From the NCBI GenBank assembly GCA_937900075.1, contig CALCCZ010000102.1:1-58226 (forward strand): 58,226 nt of DNA. Reading direction: 5' to 3'. A program made the translations under genes and the position numbers. A model generated the notes under the pieces. That model made no database searches. It was not told where the DNA came from and saw only the letters and a list, made by a program, of their open reading frames with translations. This document shows, piece by piece, positions 18,214 through 28,237 of this stretch. Position 1 is the first letter of the stretch, and each line of letters opens with the position of its first letter. The DNA comes from an uncultured Lentisphaeria bacterium (GTDB taxonomy: Bacteria; Verrucomicrobiota; Lentisphaeria; Victivallales; UBA1829).

Positions 18214-19323
18214 TCACTTGAGAAATGCGGGGGTATCCTTATCCGAAGTACAATAAGCACTGATGTTTTCGGGAAAAACAACCTGATCGCCTGCAACGAG
18301 AATGGAGGATCTGCCGTTTATAAACTCGATCCGGAACGTCTGATTATTGCCGGACACATGGGAAACAACACTGGTGTTGGGCTGAAGAGACAGCACCTGG
18401 AGCTTGTATGGTACAGGTGCCAGACCATCCGTACTTTCCGGCGGGTCCGGGAATTGCAGTTCCAGATTCCAATACTGAGCATTGCAATCATGCGCCCTCT
18501 GGATGTCTAAACGGTAAACGTACAAACCTCCGACGGGGAAAGAATACTCTTTCAGGAGCAATTTTTTATTTTCATTTTCAGCAAGCATAACCGGCTCGAA
18601 AGGAAACACTACCGTCTGGAACTTTTTCTGGGAAATCAGCGGATTTGTCATCTGCAGCGGATTCGGATAAGTTACGATTTCCGTTTTCATCTGCGAATCC
18701 GGAGAAGCAATGGTGGTTACGCATGTACGGGTGAAATGCCGTAAATCCCAGATTATTTCCGTTGTGGGCGTCAAACCGCAGAGGCGACTGACTTCTTCGA
18801 GCAGAGCCGCATCACTGTCAATGACACGAATCCCGTCCACAATGAGCGTAGCGGGACGTTTTCCCTCGGAGCGCTGCCAGATTTGAAATGCGCTTGCGAC
18901 TCCGGCAGGGGATTTATCAACGATTTTATCGGCTATTTTCTGTGCTTGGGAAAGGATATCCGGATTTTTTGAAAATTGAGCAAAAGGCGGTAATGCCACT
19001 TCCTGAGTTTGTGACGGAACAGCCGCTGAACTCTTCTTTTCCGCTTCCTTTTCCGCAGTCCCGGGGATATCGGCAGGAGTCTGCCGGATGACCGGCTGTT
19101 CGGAAACAAATGCGAAATGTTTGTTCAACCGTTCAATCTGAGCCTGTTTCAAAGCAAGTGTTTTCGTAAACTGTTTTTCACTTTCTTCATGTACGCGCTG
19201 TCCTTCATTCAACTTGGTGATCAAATCACTGTATTTGAAATTGAAACGGACTCGTTCGAGTACGAGAACTGTGGCTACTATGGCAAAAACTGCGATGGCT
19301 GTTTTCAGATAAACTTCTTTCAT
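18214..19323 (-). CDS. Hypothetical membrane-anchored protein (N-terminal TM, coiled-coil-like segment)
   Basis: AGGAGAAG RBS, N-terminal TAIAVFAIVATVLVL. No family recognised. Confidence 0.6.
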   Translation of the reverse strand: MKEVYLKTAIAVFAIVATVLVLERVRFNFKYSDLITKLNEGQRVHEESEKQFTKTLALKQAQIERLNKHFAFVSEQPVIRQTPADIPGTAEKEAEKKSSAAVPSQTQEVALPPFAQFSKNPDILSQAQKIADKIVDKSPAGVASAFQIWQRSEGKRPATLIVDGIRVIDSDAALLEEVSRLCGLTPTTEIIWDLRHFTRTCVTTIASPDSQMKTEIVTYPNPLQMTNPLISQKKFQTVVFPFEPVMLAENENKKLLLKEYSFPVGGLYVYRLDIQRAHDCNAQYWNLELQFPDPPESTDGLAPVPYKLQVLSLQPNTSVVSHVSGNNQTFRIEFINGRSSILVAGDQVVFPENISAYCTSDKDTPAFLK

Positions 19324-19335
19324 TGGACTCTTCTC

Positions 19336-20073
19336 CTACGGATGATGCGTTTCATTGATATGCTGACCACCGTCTACAAAAAGAATTTCACCGGTTACAG
19401 AACGGCATCCGGCAAGATAAACGGCAGACATGGCTATGTCGGCAGGCGGTACACTGCGCCCTAAAGGAACCCGTTTCAACGTACTCTGCATATTCAGATG
19501 TTTGAGATGTTCCGGTGCCAGCACAGGACCCGGAGCAATGGCATTGACACGTATGCGGGGAGCATACGCCAGTGCTGCCGTGCGCGTAGCATCGGCAAGT
19601 GCCTTTTTCGACAGCAGATAACCGAAAGCATCGGGAGCATAACCGGCAACTGCCTGATCCACAAGATTGATGACGACAGGATCGGCGTTTTCCGGAAATG
19701 TTTGTGCTGCAAATGCTTTCATAAGCGCCAAAGGGGCATAAAAATTCACATCCAATGCAACTTGGATATCCCCGGATGTTTCCAAGTCAAACGGCTTGCG
19801 AATATAGGTGGCGGCATTGTTGATAAGGACTTCCGGCTTTGCAAAATCAATCAGTTGCGAGGCAATTCCGCAGGAAGTCAAGTCTCCTTGAAATACGGAA
19901 TGACCGGCTGTCTCCCCGCCAAACTCATTCAGCAATTTTTCCGCCTCGGCTCTGCTGTTCCGGCAATGAATGGTAAGTATGGCTCCTTCTTCCAGAAACG
20001 CACGCGCAATGAACGAGCCGACGCGAATAGCACCGCCCGTAATCAAAACACGTCTGTTCCGGAGAGAGGTCAT
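19336..20073 (-). CDS. SDR-family oxidoreductase (pteridine-reductase-like)
   Basis: VLITGGAIRVGS cofactor motif, YLLSK catalytic Y-x3-K, NAIAPGP. ATGA overlap with the obg stop. Confidence 0.8.
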   Translation of the reverse strand: MTSLRNRRVLITGGAIRVGSFIARAFLEEGAILTIHCRNSRAEAEKLLNEFGGETAGHSVFQGDLTSCGIASQLIDFAKPEVLINNAATYIRKPFDLETSGDIQVALDVNFYAPLALMKAFAAQTFPENADPVVINLVDQAVAGYAPDAFGYLLSKKALADATRTAALAYAPRIRVNAIAPGPVLAPEHLKHLNMQSTLKRVPLGRSVPPADIAMSAVYLAGCRSVTGEILFVDGGQHINETHHP

Positions 20074-21107
20074 TTCCAGTTTCTCTTTCTATCCAGTTCA
20101 AGGTCACGCGCTTCCGCTGCATCGTTCAATTCGCGTAACTTGTTCTTGATGACGGTAAAATCCTTATCCGTTCCGGCGCTGATCGGCAGCACCTCGATTT
20201 TATCTTCCAGAAGGCAGATGAACTCTTCATAATTCGCCTTGCTTTCAGGCAAATCCATTTTGTTCGCTACGATCAGCATCGCACGATTGGAAAGACCTTC
20301 CATGTATTCTTCCAGTTCGTTTTTCAGAATTCTGTAATCGTCCACTGGTTTCCGGTTGTCCACACCTGCCATGTCTATCACATAAACAAGAAATTTCGTA
20401 CGCTCGATATGACGCAGGAAATAATGACCGAGTCCGACATTCAGATGCGCACCGTCAATCAACCCCGGTACATCGGCTACCAGAAGTTTTTTGAAATCCG
20501 GATAATCGCAAACGCCGATGACAGGATGAAGGGTCGTGAAGGGATAAGGTGCTACCTTCGGTTTCGCATTGGAAATCGCTCCCAGCAAAGTGGACTTACC
20601 CGCATTCGGATATCCCACAAAACCGACATCCGCTACCATCTTCAGTTCCAGTTTCAATGCTATGGGTTCGACTTTTTCACCCGGTTCATGCTCCCGGGGC
20701 GCACGATTCGTACTGGTCGCAAAACGCGCATTTCCGCGTCCGCCGCGCCCCCCGACGGCAATCACTGCTTCCTGCCCTTCCTTGTCAATATCCGCCAGCA
20801 AATCTCCCGTTTCCAGGTCATATACCAATGTTCCCAGCGGAACCTTGATACGCAAATCTCTGCCACGTCGGCCATGACAGTCTTTCCCGCGTCCGTCGCC
20901 TCCGTTTTCTGCAACAAAGCGACGGTTGAATATGAAATTCGCCAGACTCTGTTCCCCGGTTTCTCCCACTAAAATAATGTCTCCCCCGGGTGCACCGTCT
21001 CCACCATTGGGACCACCCTTGGGAACAAATGCTTCTCTGCGGAAACTGCAGCAGCCATTTCCGCCGTCTCCTGCCTTTACTGTAATTTCCGCCTGGTCAA
21101 CAAACAT
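20070..21107 (-). CDS. obg: GTPase Obg/CgtA
   Basis: MFVDQAEITVKAGDGGNGCCSFRRE Obg fold. G1 GYPNAGKST, G3 DVPG, G4 NKMD. Confidence 0.95.
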   Translation of the reverse strand: MFVDQAEITVKAGDGGNGCCSFRREAFVPKGGPNGGDGAPGGDIILVGETGEQSLANFIFNRRFVAENGGDGRGKDCHGRRGRDLRIKVPLGTLVYDLETGDLLADIDKEGQEAVIAVGGRGGRGNARFATSTNRAPREHEPGEKVEPIALKLELKMVADVGFVGYPNAGKSTLLGAISNAKPKVAPYPFTTLHPVIGVCDYPDFKKLLVADVPGLIDGAHLNVGLGHYFLRHIERTKFLVYVIDMAGVDNRKPVDDYRILKNELEEYMEGLSNRAMLIVANKMDLPESKANYEEFICLLEDKIEVLPISAGTDKDFTVIKNKLRELNDAAEARDLELDRKRNWK

Positions 21108-21167
21108 GATTACTCCTGATTCTTTTTATTCCGTTCTCTTCCGGCTCCGCCGATATAAGCTCATTTA

Positions 21168-21201
21168 AACAGCAAAAGCCCGGACAAATACCATCCGGGC
21201 T
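21168..21201 (-). terminator. Intrinsic terminator/attenuator between rpmA and obg
   Basis: AGCCCGGA / TCCGGGCT 8-bp stem, followed on the - strand by TTTTGCTGTTT. Confidence 0.6.
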
Positions 21202-21238
21202 ATGCTTCATACTCCGGTCGCCCGGAAGACTGGAATCC

Positions 21239-21511
21239 TTATGCTTCCGTCGGAAGAACTTCCGGCAGGGGAAGAATTTCTACGGATTTCTTAACAGACT
21301 TTTTGAATTTTACCTGTCCGTCACAAAGGGCAAACAGCGTAAAATCACGTCCGAGACCGACATTCTTTCCGGGATTGATACGGGTGCCGCGCTGACGCAC
21401 AATAATGCTGCCGGCTGATACATACTGACCATCAAATGCTTTTACACCAAGCATTTTCGGCTTACTGTCGCGACCATTGCGACTGCTGGACTGACCTTTC
21501 TTATGAGCCAT
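21239..21511 (-). CDS. rpmA: 50S ribosomal protein L27
   Basis: [16 protein letters not shown]...IIVRQRGT...PGKNVG; GGAGAAAG RBS. Confidence 0.95.
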   Translation of the reverse strand: MAHKKGQSSSRNGRDSKPKMLGVKAFDGQYVSAGSIIVRQRGTRINPGKNVGLGRDFTLFALCDGQVKFKKSVKKSVEILPLPEVLPTEA

Positions 21512-21582
21512 TTTCTTTCTCCAATATAGATTAGTTTGTTGTTTTAACTGCGAATAAACAGTTGCTTATAATGCAAATACAT

Positions 21583-21610
21583 AATATACCACCCCTTTCC
21601 GGTTTTTCAA
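21583..21610 (-). promoter_or_regulatory. Candidate sigma70-type promoter of rpmA
   Basis: On the - strand TTGAAA - 16 nt - TATATT, about 70 nt upstream of the rpmA ATG. Confidence 0.45.
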
Positions 21611-21661
21611 GACAGAAATAAAAATTTTTTCACAGATATCCTGTTTTTTGCCAAAATAAGC

Positions 21662-23785
21662 TCAGATATCCCGCATTTTTGCTAAAATGACGGCAGTGAT
21701 TTCCGCTGTATCACCGGCGTTCATTACAAAATCCGAATCCGCAGAAATTTCTTTTCCGTTCAAACGCAGAATAAAGTTCCCGGAACGGGAATTTCCAATA
21801 CGCAGTTTACCGCCGTGTTCCGCAAAAATCCGTCCGCGCAGAAAATGTCCGTCCCGCCATTCGCCATCAACTAAAAATGCGCCTTCCGTGCGTAAATGCC
21901 GGAATTCGGCGTCGGCAGAGACTGGCCAATCGGGGAAGAAACGGATTTCCCCGGCACGGCACTGAAGCATCATATTATTCAAGGTGTTGGCGATGACCGG
22001 GGTATTTTCCATACCGCCGCCCGGATGTGCGAACATTCCGTTCGGCAGCTGCAGTTTCTCTATAACGAGTCGCAGACCGCGAATGATTTCATCGGGTTCT
22101 ATACCGATCAAAGCGGCGCAGGGTGCATAAGTGCTGAAAGCATTTCCATCCAGCCATCGGTCGTTGGCAGAGAAAGTGTTGCAAGCGGTTTCCAGAAGTT
22201 TTTCCCCGGAATCGAAACCGATTTGACCACAAGGGTAGATGTGCTGCAAAGCAATGGCATTTCCATTGCACCAGTCATGACCGGAAACTGTGAGGCGGAA
22301 GACATTTCTGCCATTGTGTTCCATGGTGGGAAACGGCGGCAGATGATTGAAAAAATCCTGCCAGAGCGGGCGTAAATCCGCATCTGCATCCATTTTCCCG
22401 GAGAGTTCGAGCAAGGTATTCAAAGCCATTTTCAGCAAACCGAGCGTAAGAATTGGAGTGGTATCGTCTTCGCGGGTATTTTTTTCTATTTTCCGGAATG
22501 CCTGGAGCCAGTACAACACTTCATGGGCGGCATCGTTGGGTATGCGGATTTTTCCGTCGGAATCCCGTTGTACATAATCCATGAAAAAACAGACACACTC
22601 TTTCAGATAAGGATAAATGTGTGTGGCGGCATACTGGAGGTCCTGTTCGCATTTCCAGCGCATGACCGGAATATCTGCGGCTTGAATGGCATTGCTTTTC
22701 TGTCCCAGGAAGGAATGTCCGTTTTCCTCACTGAACCATAATGCGGAGGTTTCCAGTCCCCGGGGACCGATTCCGACGGGGTAATAAATGCCGCGGCAAT
22801 TCAGAAATTCTCTGGCGAATTTTCTGCCTTTCGGCATAAAATCCTCCAACGGGGCCATATATCCGTCCGTCAATTCAATATGATTGGAGGAGCAAGCCGC
22901 ATAGAACGCCGCCTGATAGTTGTAATTCAGGTGATAATCGCCTTCCCAGGACGGGGTATCCGTTGTAATGAAATTACCGTAAAGGCCGGGCGGAAAATGC
23001 GGATTCCGGGCTGTGCAGGCGAGGAAGTACTGTCCGGCATACCAGTTCAATTCCAGGTCCGGCATAGACGGTAGTTTTACAGAGGATTTCCGGTAGAATT
23101 CCTGCCACCAGATACGATGCGTGACAAAACGTGTTTCAAAATCATCTGCCGTAAAAGTCCGGGCGCGCTCATCGGTACGTTCTCTGAAATCCGGGCCCTC
23201 ATGGTTCGTGCCGGAACAAATGACAAAACGGGAAATACGTTCCCCGTCCGGTTCGATATGGTCCGGCAAACGTTTCAGAACCAGCCGGATTGTGGACGGC
23301 CAGAGACATTCCGGTCCATCAAAGGAACGTTCCGCAATGAGCATTCCGTCCCCGGCCGTATCGAAAGAACTGGAATTTCCGCCAGAGAACACGGTCATAT
23401 CGTTTTTGAACAATGCGCTTCCGGAAATTTCGAACAGGATAGTATTTTCTCCGGCGCAAACAATCGAACGGAAATTCAGTTTTTTCCCGTTACCGGACAT
23501 TTCACCGCGCAATTCAGCCAGATCCAGATCTTCTTCCACATGCCATGCGGCATTTTCCAAGTCGGGCGAAGAAATATGAAAAGCAGCAGCCGGGCGTATA
23601 CCGCCACTCCGGACATCGCCCTCCCGAGCATACCAGAAATCGGCTTTGGCAATATAAAACTGCAATTCGCCGGGCGTACCGCCGAATACCATTCCGAGAT
23701 CGCCGTTACCCGTTACAGCGCCATCCGGGACACCTGCGGAGGGGGTACGTTCGGGGATTTGCTCCATGACAAAAACATGTTTCAT
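21662..23785 (-). CDS. Putative glycoside hydrolase, GH95-like (six-hairpin) family
   Basis: N-terminal VTGNGDLGMVFGG...ADFW resembles the GH95 N-terminal GNGxLGxxxxGG signature. 707 aa. AAGGAG RBS. Family assignment is tentative. Confidence 0.45.
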   Translation of the reverse strand: MKHVFVMEQIPERTPSAGVPDGAVTGNGDLGMVFGGTPGELQFYIAKADFWYAREGDVRSGGIRPAAAFHISSPDLENAAWHVEEDLDLAELRGEMSGNGKKLNFRSIVCAGENTILFEISGSALFKNDMTVFSGGNSSSFDTAGDGMLIAERSFDGPECLWPSTIRLVLKRLPDHIEPDGERISRFVICSGTNHEGPDFRERTDERARTFTADDFETRFVTHRIWWQEFYRKSSVKLPSMPDLELNWYAGQYFLACTARNPHFPPGLYGNFITTDTPSWEGDYHLNYNYQAAFYAACSSNHIELTDGYMAPLEDFMPKGRKFAREFLNCRGIYYPVGIGPRGLETSALWFSEENGHSFLGQKSNAIQAADIPVMRWKCEQDLQYAATHIYPYLKECVCFFMDYVQRDSDGKIRIPNDAAHEVLYWLQAFRKIEKNTREDDTTPILTLGLLKMALNTLLELSGKMDADADLRPLWQDFFNHLPPFPTMEHNGRNVFRLTVSGHDWCNGNAIALQHIYPCGQIGFDSGEKLLETACNTFSANDRWLDGNAFSTYAPCAALIGIEPDEIIRGLRLVIEKLQLPNGMFAHPGGGMENTPVIANTLNNMMLQCRAGEIRFFPDWPVSADAEFRHLRTEGAFLVDGEWRDGHFLRGRIFAEHGGKLRIGNSRSGNFILRLNGKEISADSDFVMNAGDTAEITAVILAKMRDI

Positions 23786-23842
23786 ATTGAACTCCTTGAG
23801 GGATTTTTTCAGATTCCGTGAAAATTACGGATATATTCAAGT

Positions 23843-24970
23843 TTACTGGATCTTATCTAACGGAATTATTATCAATGCGGCAGCACTTTTCACAATATCC
23901 CGATACTCCGGAGAGGCATCGCGGCATGTACAGGTAATATAGAGTTTTCCATTGTATTCAACGGCACTGGGATAACTCCACTGAGGCGCTGCATTCAGCG
24001 CAGGATCGTCATCTGCACGCAAGGTATAAAACTTGCGGAATTTCATTTTTCCCTTTTCCGAAAAGGCGATATACAGTCGGTTTCTGCCGTATTTCCGGAT
24101 GTTGAACACAAAATAATACCGTCCGTCCGAAAGTTTGCCGGACGCCATCTTGGATTTCAGAACGGGCAGTTCATGATGTTTCTGCTGCCAGTTTTCCCCA
24201 CCATCGTTGCTGACATAGACCCAGAAAGTAATCATCTGCTGACACCGGACAAAACAGAACAGCTGATTGCCGTTTACCGTCAGACTGGATTCGGGACAGG
24301 CATATTCCGGCGGCAATCCCTGAGCATTACCATCCAAAGACACTTCATGCCAGTCGCCCTCGGGGGTACCCTTATCGAAAATCAGGACGGCGGGACGGCG
24401 TTTGAGAGTATTTCTTCCGGCAAGAATCATAGTTCCGTTTTCCAGTGTTTCCGCGCAGGTGTTCGGAAGAAATGCGGTAGGCAGCTCCCTGTGAAAATTC
24501 CATTTGCCGCTTGACTCGTCAAGTTTGAAAATATGAAGTGTCTGTTTATTCCCCTCGCCGCAGTGGTGTGGCACGAGCAGATAAAGATTGTCTCCGGTTC
24601 TTGCGAAAGCGGGTGGTACGTATTGCCATTCCGGGTTGGCATCCGCCGCCATAGTAACCGTTTCGCTCCAGGTTTTCCCTCCATCGGCGGAAACACGACC
24701 GCGTATGACACTTGTGACCTGACATTCTTTTTCCGGGCAATTGTACCAGGCCGCATAGAGTTTACCCTTGAACTCCGTAACCGCGGTATCGTGGAGGAAT
24801 TTGAAATCTTTGTCCGGTCTCTGAATAACCGATACTTCCATTCCGGGACAAACAGGGGCTTTGTCGGGGTCAAAGTCTGCGCCATTCGCAAGCACGGACA
24901 GGAAATGGCTGTCAGCTGCACCGAGAGAAAAAGTGAGGAGACAAAGTACAGGGAGAAGAATTCTTACCAT
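23843..24970 (-). CDS. BNR/Asp-box repeat protein, sialidase-like glycoside hydrolase, secreted
   Basis: Asp-boxes SADGGKTW and SNDGGENW. Signal peptide from MVRILLPVLCLLTFSLGA (ATG at 24970; the track ORF extends to 25060 and would overlap uxaA). Confidence 0.6.
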   Translation of the reverse strand: MVRILLPVLCLLTFSLGAADSHFLSVLANGADFDPDKAPVCPGMEVSVIQRPDKDFKFLHDTAVTEFKGKLYAAWYNCPEKECQVTSVIRGRVSADGGKTWSETVTMAADANPEWQYVPPAFARTGDNLYLLVPHHCGEGNKQTLHIFKLDESSGKWNFHRELPTAFLPNTCAETLENGTMILAGRNTLKRRPAVLIFDKGTPEGDWHEVSLDGNAQGLPPEYACPESSLTVNGNQLFCFVRCQQMITFWVYVSNDGGENWQQKHHELPVLKSKMASGKLSDGRYYFVFNIRKYGRNRLYIAFSEKGKMKFRKFYTLRADDDPALNAAPQWSYPSAVEYNGKLYITCTCRDASPEYRDIVKSAAALIIIPLDKIQ

Positions 24971-24986
24971 GATTTCCAGATTTCCT

Positions 24987-26420
24987 TTACAGGGTGACGC
25001 CGTCTTTGAAGATGGCAATTTCCATAAACCCGTGCCGTTCGTTACAGGCGGTATAGTCACCGGAAGCTGTCTGAATTACCAGATTCATCAGATCATTGCC
25101 GGCATCCTCCATTGTTCTGTCCTCTAAAAGTACGCCCGCATTGAAATCAATCCAGCCTGCTTTCTTCCGCGCCAGAGGGGTATTGGTCGCGATTTTCAAA
25201 GTCGGAACAATGGTGCCGAATGGGGTACCGCGTCCGGTTGTGAACAGGACGATCTGGCAACCGGCGGCAGCGAGTACGGTGGACGCGACCATATCGTTTC
25301 CGGGACCTGCGAGCAGATTCAAACCGTTCCGTGTGACCGTTTTTCCATACTCCAGGACATCCATGACAGGGGAGAGGCCGCCTTTTTGAGTACAGCCGAG
25401 AGATTTATCCTCTAACGTACTGATACCGCCCGCTTTATTGCCGGGCGACGGATTTTCATAAACCGTTTGGCCATGGCGGACAAAGTAGTCCTTGAAATTA
25501 TTAATCATGGCAACGCATTTTTCGAACACATTCCGATCAATACAGCGGTTCATCAGCAGGGTTTCAGCCCCAAACATCTCCGGCACTTCGGAAAGAACAC
25601 TGGTTCCGCCCTGCGCAATCAGCAGATCGGAAACACGTCCGACAAGCGGATTGGCCGTAATACCGGAAAAACCGTCACTGCCGCCGCATTTCAAGCCGAT
25701 TTTCAATTCGGACACCGGGATTTCAGTACGTTTGCAGTCCTTCGCGCGCAGGTGCAGTTTTTCCAGCAAGTCCAATCCGGTCCCGAAATCGTCTTCCTCT
25801 TCCTGTGCCACCATGAACTCGATATTGCGGTCGGAAACATCGCCCAGACGCTGCCGGAACGACTCCAGCGTATTGTTCTCACAACCCAGAGCAACCACTA
25901 ACACGCCGCCCGCATTGGGATGACGGCAGAAGGTCGCAAGCAAATCTGCGGTCCGTTCGTGGTCGTCACCCAGCTGGGAACATCCATACGGATGAGTAAG
26001 GGCAATGGCACGGAAACCATTGTGGGTCTGACTGAACTCTTTTGCAAGATTAGCAGCCAGCGTATTGACACAGCCAACAGTCGGAATAATCCAAATATCA
26101 TTCCTGACACCCACGCTGCCGTCACTGCGGCGATATCCGCGGAACGTATCCCGTCTGGATGTGACAGGAAGCAGGGGTTGTACGGGCGTGTACGTGTATT
26201 CCGCACGCTCGTTCAGAAGTGTTTTCAGATTATGCGTATGAACATGTTCACCCTTCGCGATGTCAGCGACAGCCGCACCGATGGGCATTCCGTATTTAAT
26301 GACTTTGGCCCCGCACGGAATATCACAAAGGGCAAATTTATGCCCGGTAAATTCGCCGTCCAAGGCTACAGCGACATTGTCACCGGGCGAAATCTGCAAA
26401 AGTTTCTTCGGGTCAGTCAC
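24987..26420 (-). CDS. uxaA: Altronate dehydratase (UxaA family)
   Basis: N-terminal SAF domain (ISPGDNVAVAL...KFALCDIPCGAKVIKYGMPIG...GEHVHTHN) and the large UxaA C-terminal domain. Confidence 0.9.
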   Translation of the reverse strand: MTDPKKLLQISPGDNVAVALDGEFTGHKFALCDIPCGAKVIKYGMPIGAAVADIAKGEHVHTHNLKTLLNERAEYTYTPVQPLLPVTSRRDTFRGYRRSDGSVGVRNDIWIIPTVGCVNTLAANLAKEFSQTHNGFRAIALTHPYGCSQLGDDHERTADLLATFCRHPNAGGVLVVALGCENNTLESFRQRLGDVSDRNIEFMVAQEEEDDFGTGLDLLEKLHLRAKDCKRTEIPVSELKIGLKCGGSDGFSGITANPLVGRVSDLLIAQGGTSVLSEVPEMFGAETLLMNRCIDRNVFEKCVAMINNFKDYFVRHGQTVYENPSPGNKAGGISTLEDKSLGCTQKGGLSPVMDVLEYGKTVTRNGLNLLAGPGNDMVASTVLAAAGCQIVLFTTGRGTPFGTIVPTLKIATNTPLARKKAGWIDFNAGVLLEDRTMEDAGNDLMNLVIQTASGDYTACNERHGFMEIAIFKDGVTL

Positions 26421-27867
26421 GGAAAAGTCCTCCCGTTGCTAAGCGTATGCCGTCCGCAAGAATGTTCTTAAGATTCTGTTCAGTCGTTTCGGTCAGACCA
26501 GGCACTTCATTCAGGTCCATTCCCCAGAAATCAGTTCTGCCAAGCACATTTTTCACTAAAATACCAGGTTCCGCCGCATATTGTTTCCACTGCTCTTCGA
26601 ACCAGGCGGCAATTCCTTCCGTATCATTGACAGGATAGACGTTTATCCGTCCGCTTCCGATACCGTTTTCATTGCGGTAAAAAGCGATAAGAGCGGACAG
26701 GGAGAAGGCAAGGACCTTTGGCAGTTTTCCGTATAATTTCAGGTAATCCAGCAGTGTGGGAAGAACACGTATCTTCCATTTGGAGACGGAATTGAGCGCT
26801 ATGGACAGCAGTCTGTGAAATGCAAACGGATTCTGAAAACGTTCCATAACCGCTTCGGCAAACATTTTCTTTTCCCCGTCCGGCAAAGACACGGTCGGAA
26901 ACACTTCCTCAAACAAAACTGTGCGCACGTATTTGCTGAAGAACGGATCCGCCATTACTTCCTGAACATAATCAAACCCGGCCAAATAAGCGGCAGGAAT
27001 CGTGGCGGTATGAGCCCCGTTCAGGAAACGCACTTTTCTCGTGCGATAGGGGGTCTGGTCCTTTACAAAAACCGCATTAATGCCTGCTTTACATAAGGGC
27101 AATTCCTGTTCCACGCAGTCTGGTGCCTCGATTACAAAGAAGTGGAACGGTTCGCCGCAATCAATAAGTTTATCTTCGTACCCGGCTTTCGCACAAATGG
27201 ATTCCGCTTCCATTTTGGGATATCCCGCAACAATTCGGTCCACTAAAGTACAGCAGAAAATGCATTCCTTCCGGATATAATCCGCGTAATCGTCGCCCAG
27301 TTTCCATTCCGCTGCATAACGCAGTATAATCTCTTTCAGCTTCTTTCCGTTCTCCTCTATCAGCTCACAGGGCAGCAGAATCAGTCCGGGCAGACGGGCG
27401 GAAAATCTGGCGTACAGCAAAGCGGTGAGTTTTGCGGGGAAAGTTCCCTGTGCTTTGCCGGGAGTATAGGGTTCTTCTTTGTATTCAATACCGGCATCGG
27501 TGGTATTGGAAAAGAAGAAACGCAATTCTTTTCCGCAGAAAACATTGCAGATCTCCTGCCATTCGGATACCGGATCAAGACAGCCCTTTACAGACTCTAT
27601 GATCTGACTTTTTTCCACGACCTTGCCGTCTTCCACTCCCCGCAAAATCAGGGTGTACAGACCATCCTGACGGTTGATGGCATCACGCAATGCCTGACCT
27701 TTTTCTCCGCCACGAGGCTGTATCAGCTGGACACATCCGCCGAATCCGGCTTTTTTATTCATTTCATCGATCATCCAGTCTATAAAGGCACGCATAAAAT
27801 TGCCTTCCCCGAATTGTACGGCTTTGACCGGGAGAGTCAGGGGTGTTTTGCGGTGAAGTTGTTCCAT
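26413..27867 (-). CDS. uxaB: Tagaturonate reductase / altronate oxidoreductase (mannitol dehydrogenase family)
   Basis: VQFGEGNFMRAFIDWMIDEMN N-terminus and long-chain mannitol-DH layout. ATG at 27867 preceded by AAGGAAAT; the track start at 27891 is a TTG. Confidence 0.85.
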   Translation of the reverse strand: MEQLHRKTPLTLPVKAVQFGEGNFMRAFIDWMIDEMNKKAGFGGCVQLIQPRGGEKGQALRDAINRQDGLYTLILRGVEDGKVVEKSQIIESVKGCLDPVSEWQEICNVFCGKELRFFFSNTTDAGIEYKEEPYTPGKAQGTFPAKLTALLYARFSARLPGLILLPCELIEENGKKLKEIILRYAAEWKLGDDYADYIRKECIFCCTLVDRIVAGYPKMEAESICAKAGYEDKLIDCGEPFHFFVIEAPDCVEQELPLCKAGINAVFVKDQTPYRTRKVRFLNGAHTATIPAAYLAGFDYVQEVMADPFFSKYVRTVLFEEVFPTVSLPDGEKKMFAEAVMERFQNPFAFHRLLSIALNSVSKWKIRVLPTLLDYLKLYGKLPKVLAFSLSALIAFYRNENGIGSGRINVYPVNDTEGIAAWFEEQWKQYAAEPGILVKNVLGRTDFWGMDLNEVPGLTETTEQNLKNILADGIRLATGGLFRD

Positions 27868-27980
27868 GGTATTTCCTTTCAGTTGTTTCAAGGTTTGAAA
27901 AGTCGTCAGCTTATCAGTAAAAATATAACTGTCAAGTAAGAAAATACAAATGAATGACGAAGCGTTTTTGGCGGATTTTT

Positions 27981-28005
27981 TGACAAGTCATATCAAAACT
28001 TGTCA
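27981..28005. promoter_or_regulatory. Palindromic candidate operator in the uxaB / lipoprotein divergent region
   Basis: TGACAAGT - 9 nt - ACTTGTCA perfect inverted repeat. A third half-site-like GTCAAGT sits at 27937-27943. Confidence 0.3.
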
Positions 28006-28237
28006 TATTCATTTGTAAGAGTCAAATATTCCCGGACAAAGCGTTTGCATGAGGACAAGAAACATCCGGGATATTCCCTCTACCCTCGAACAGATTTCTT
28101 GCATTATCGACCTCTCAACCGTTTTTTTACAAATTACGCTTGCAAAAAAGCGGAAAAGGAAGTATGTTACTGCGTGTTTGTTTTTCGTATCATTCCGATG
28201 TTTTGTGCAAGAAAAACGATTGAGAAAAGGATCTTCA

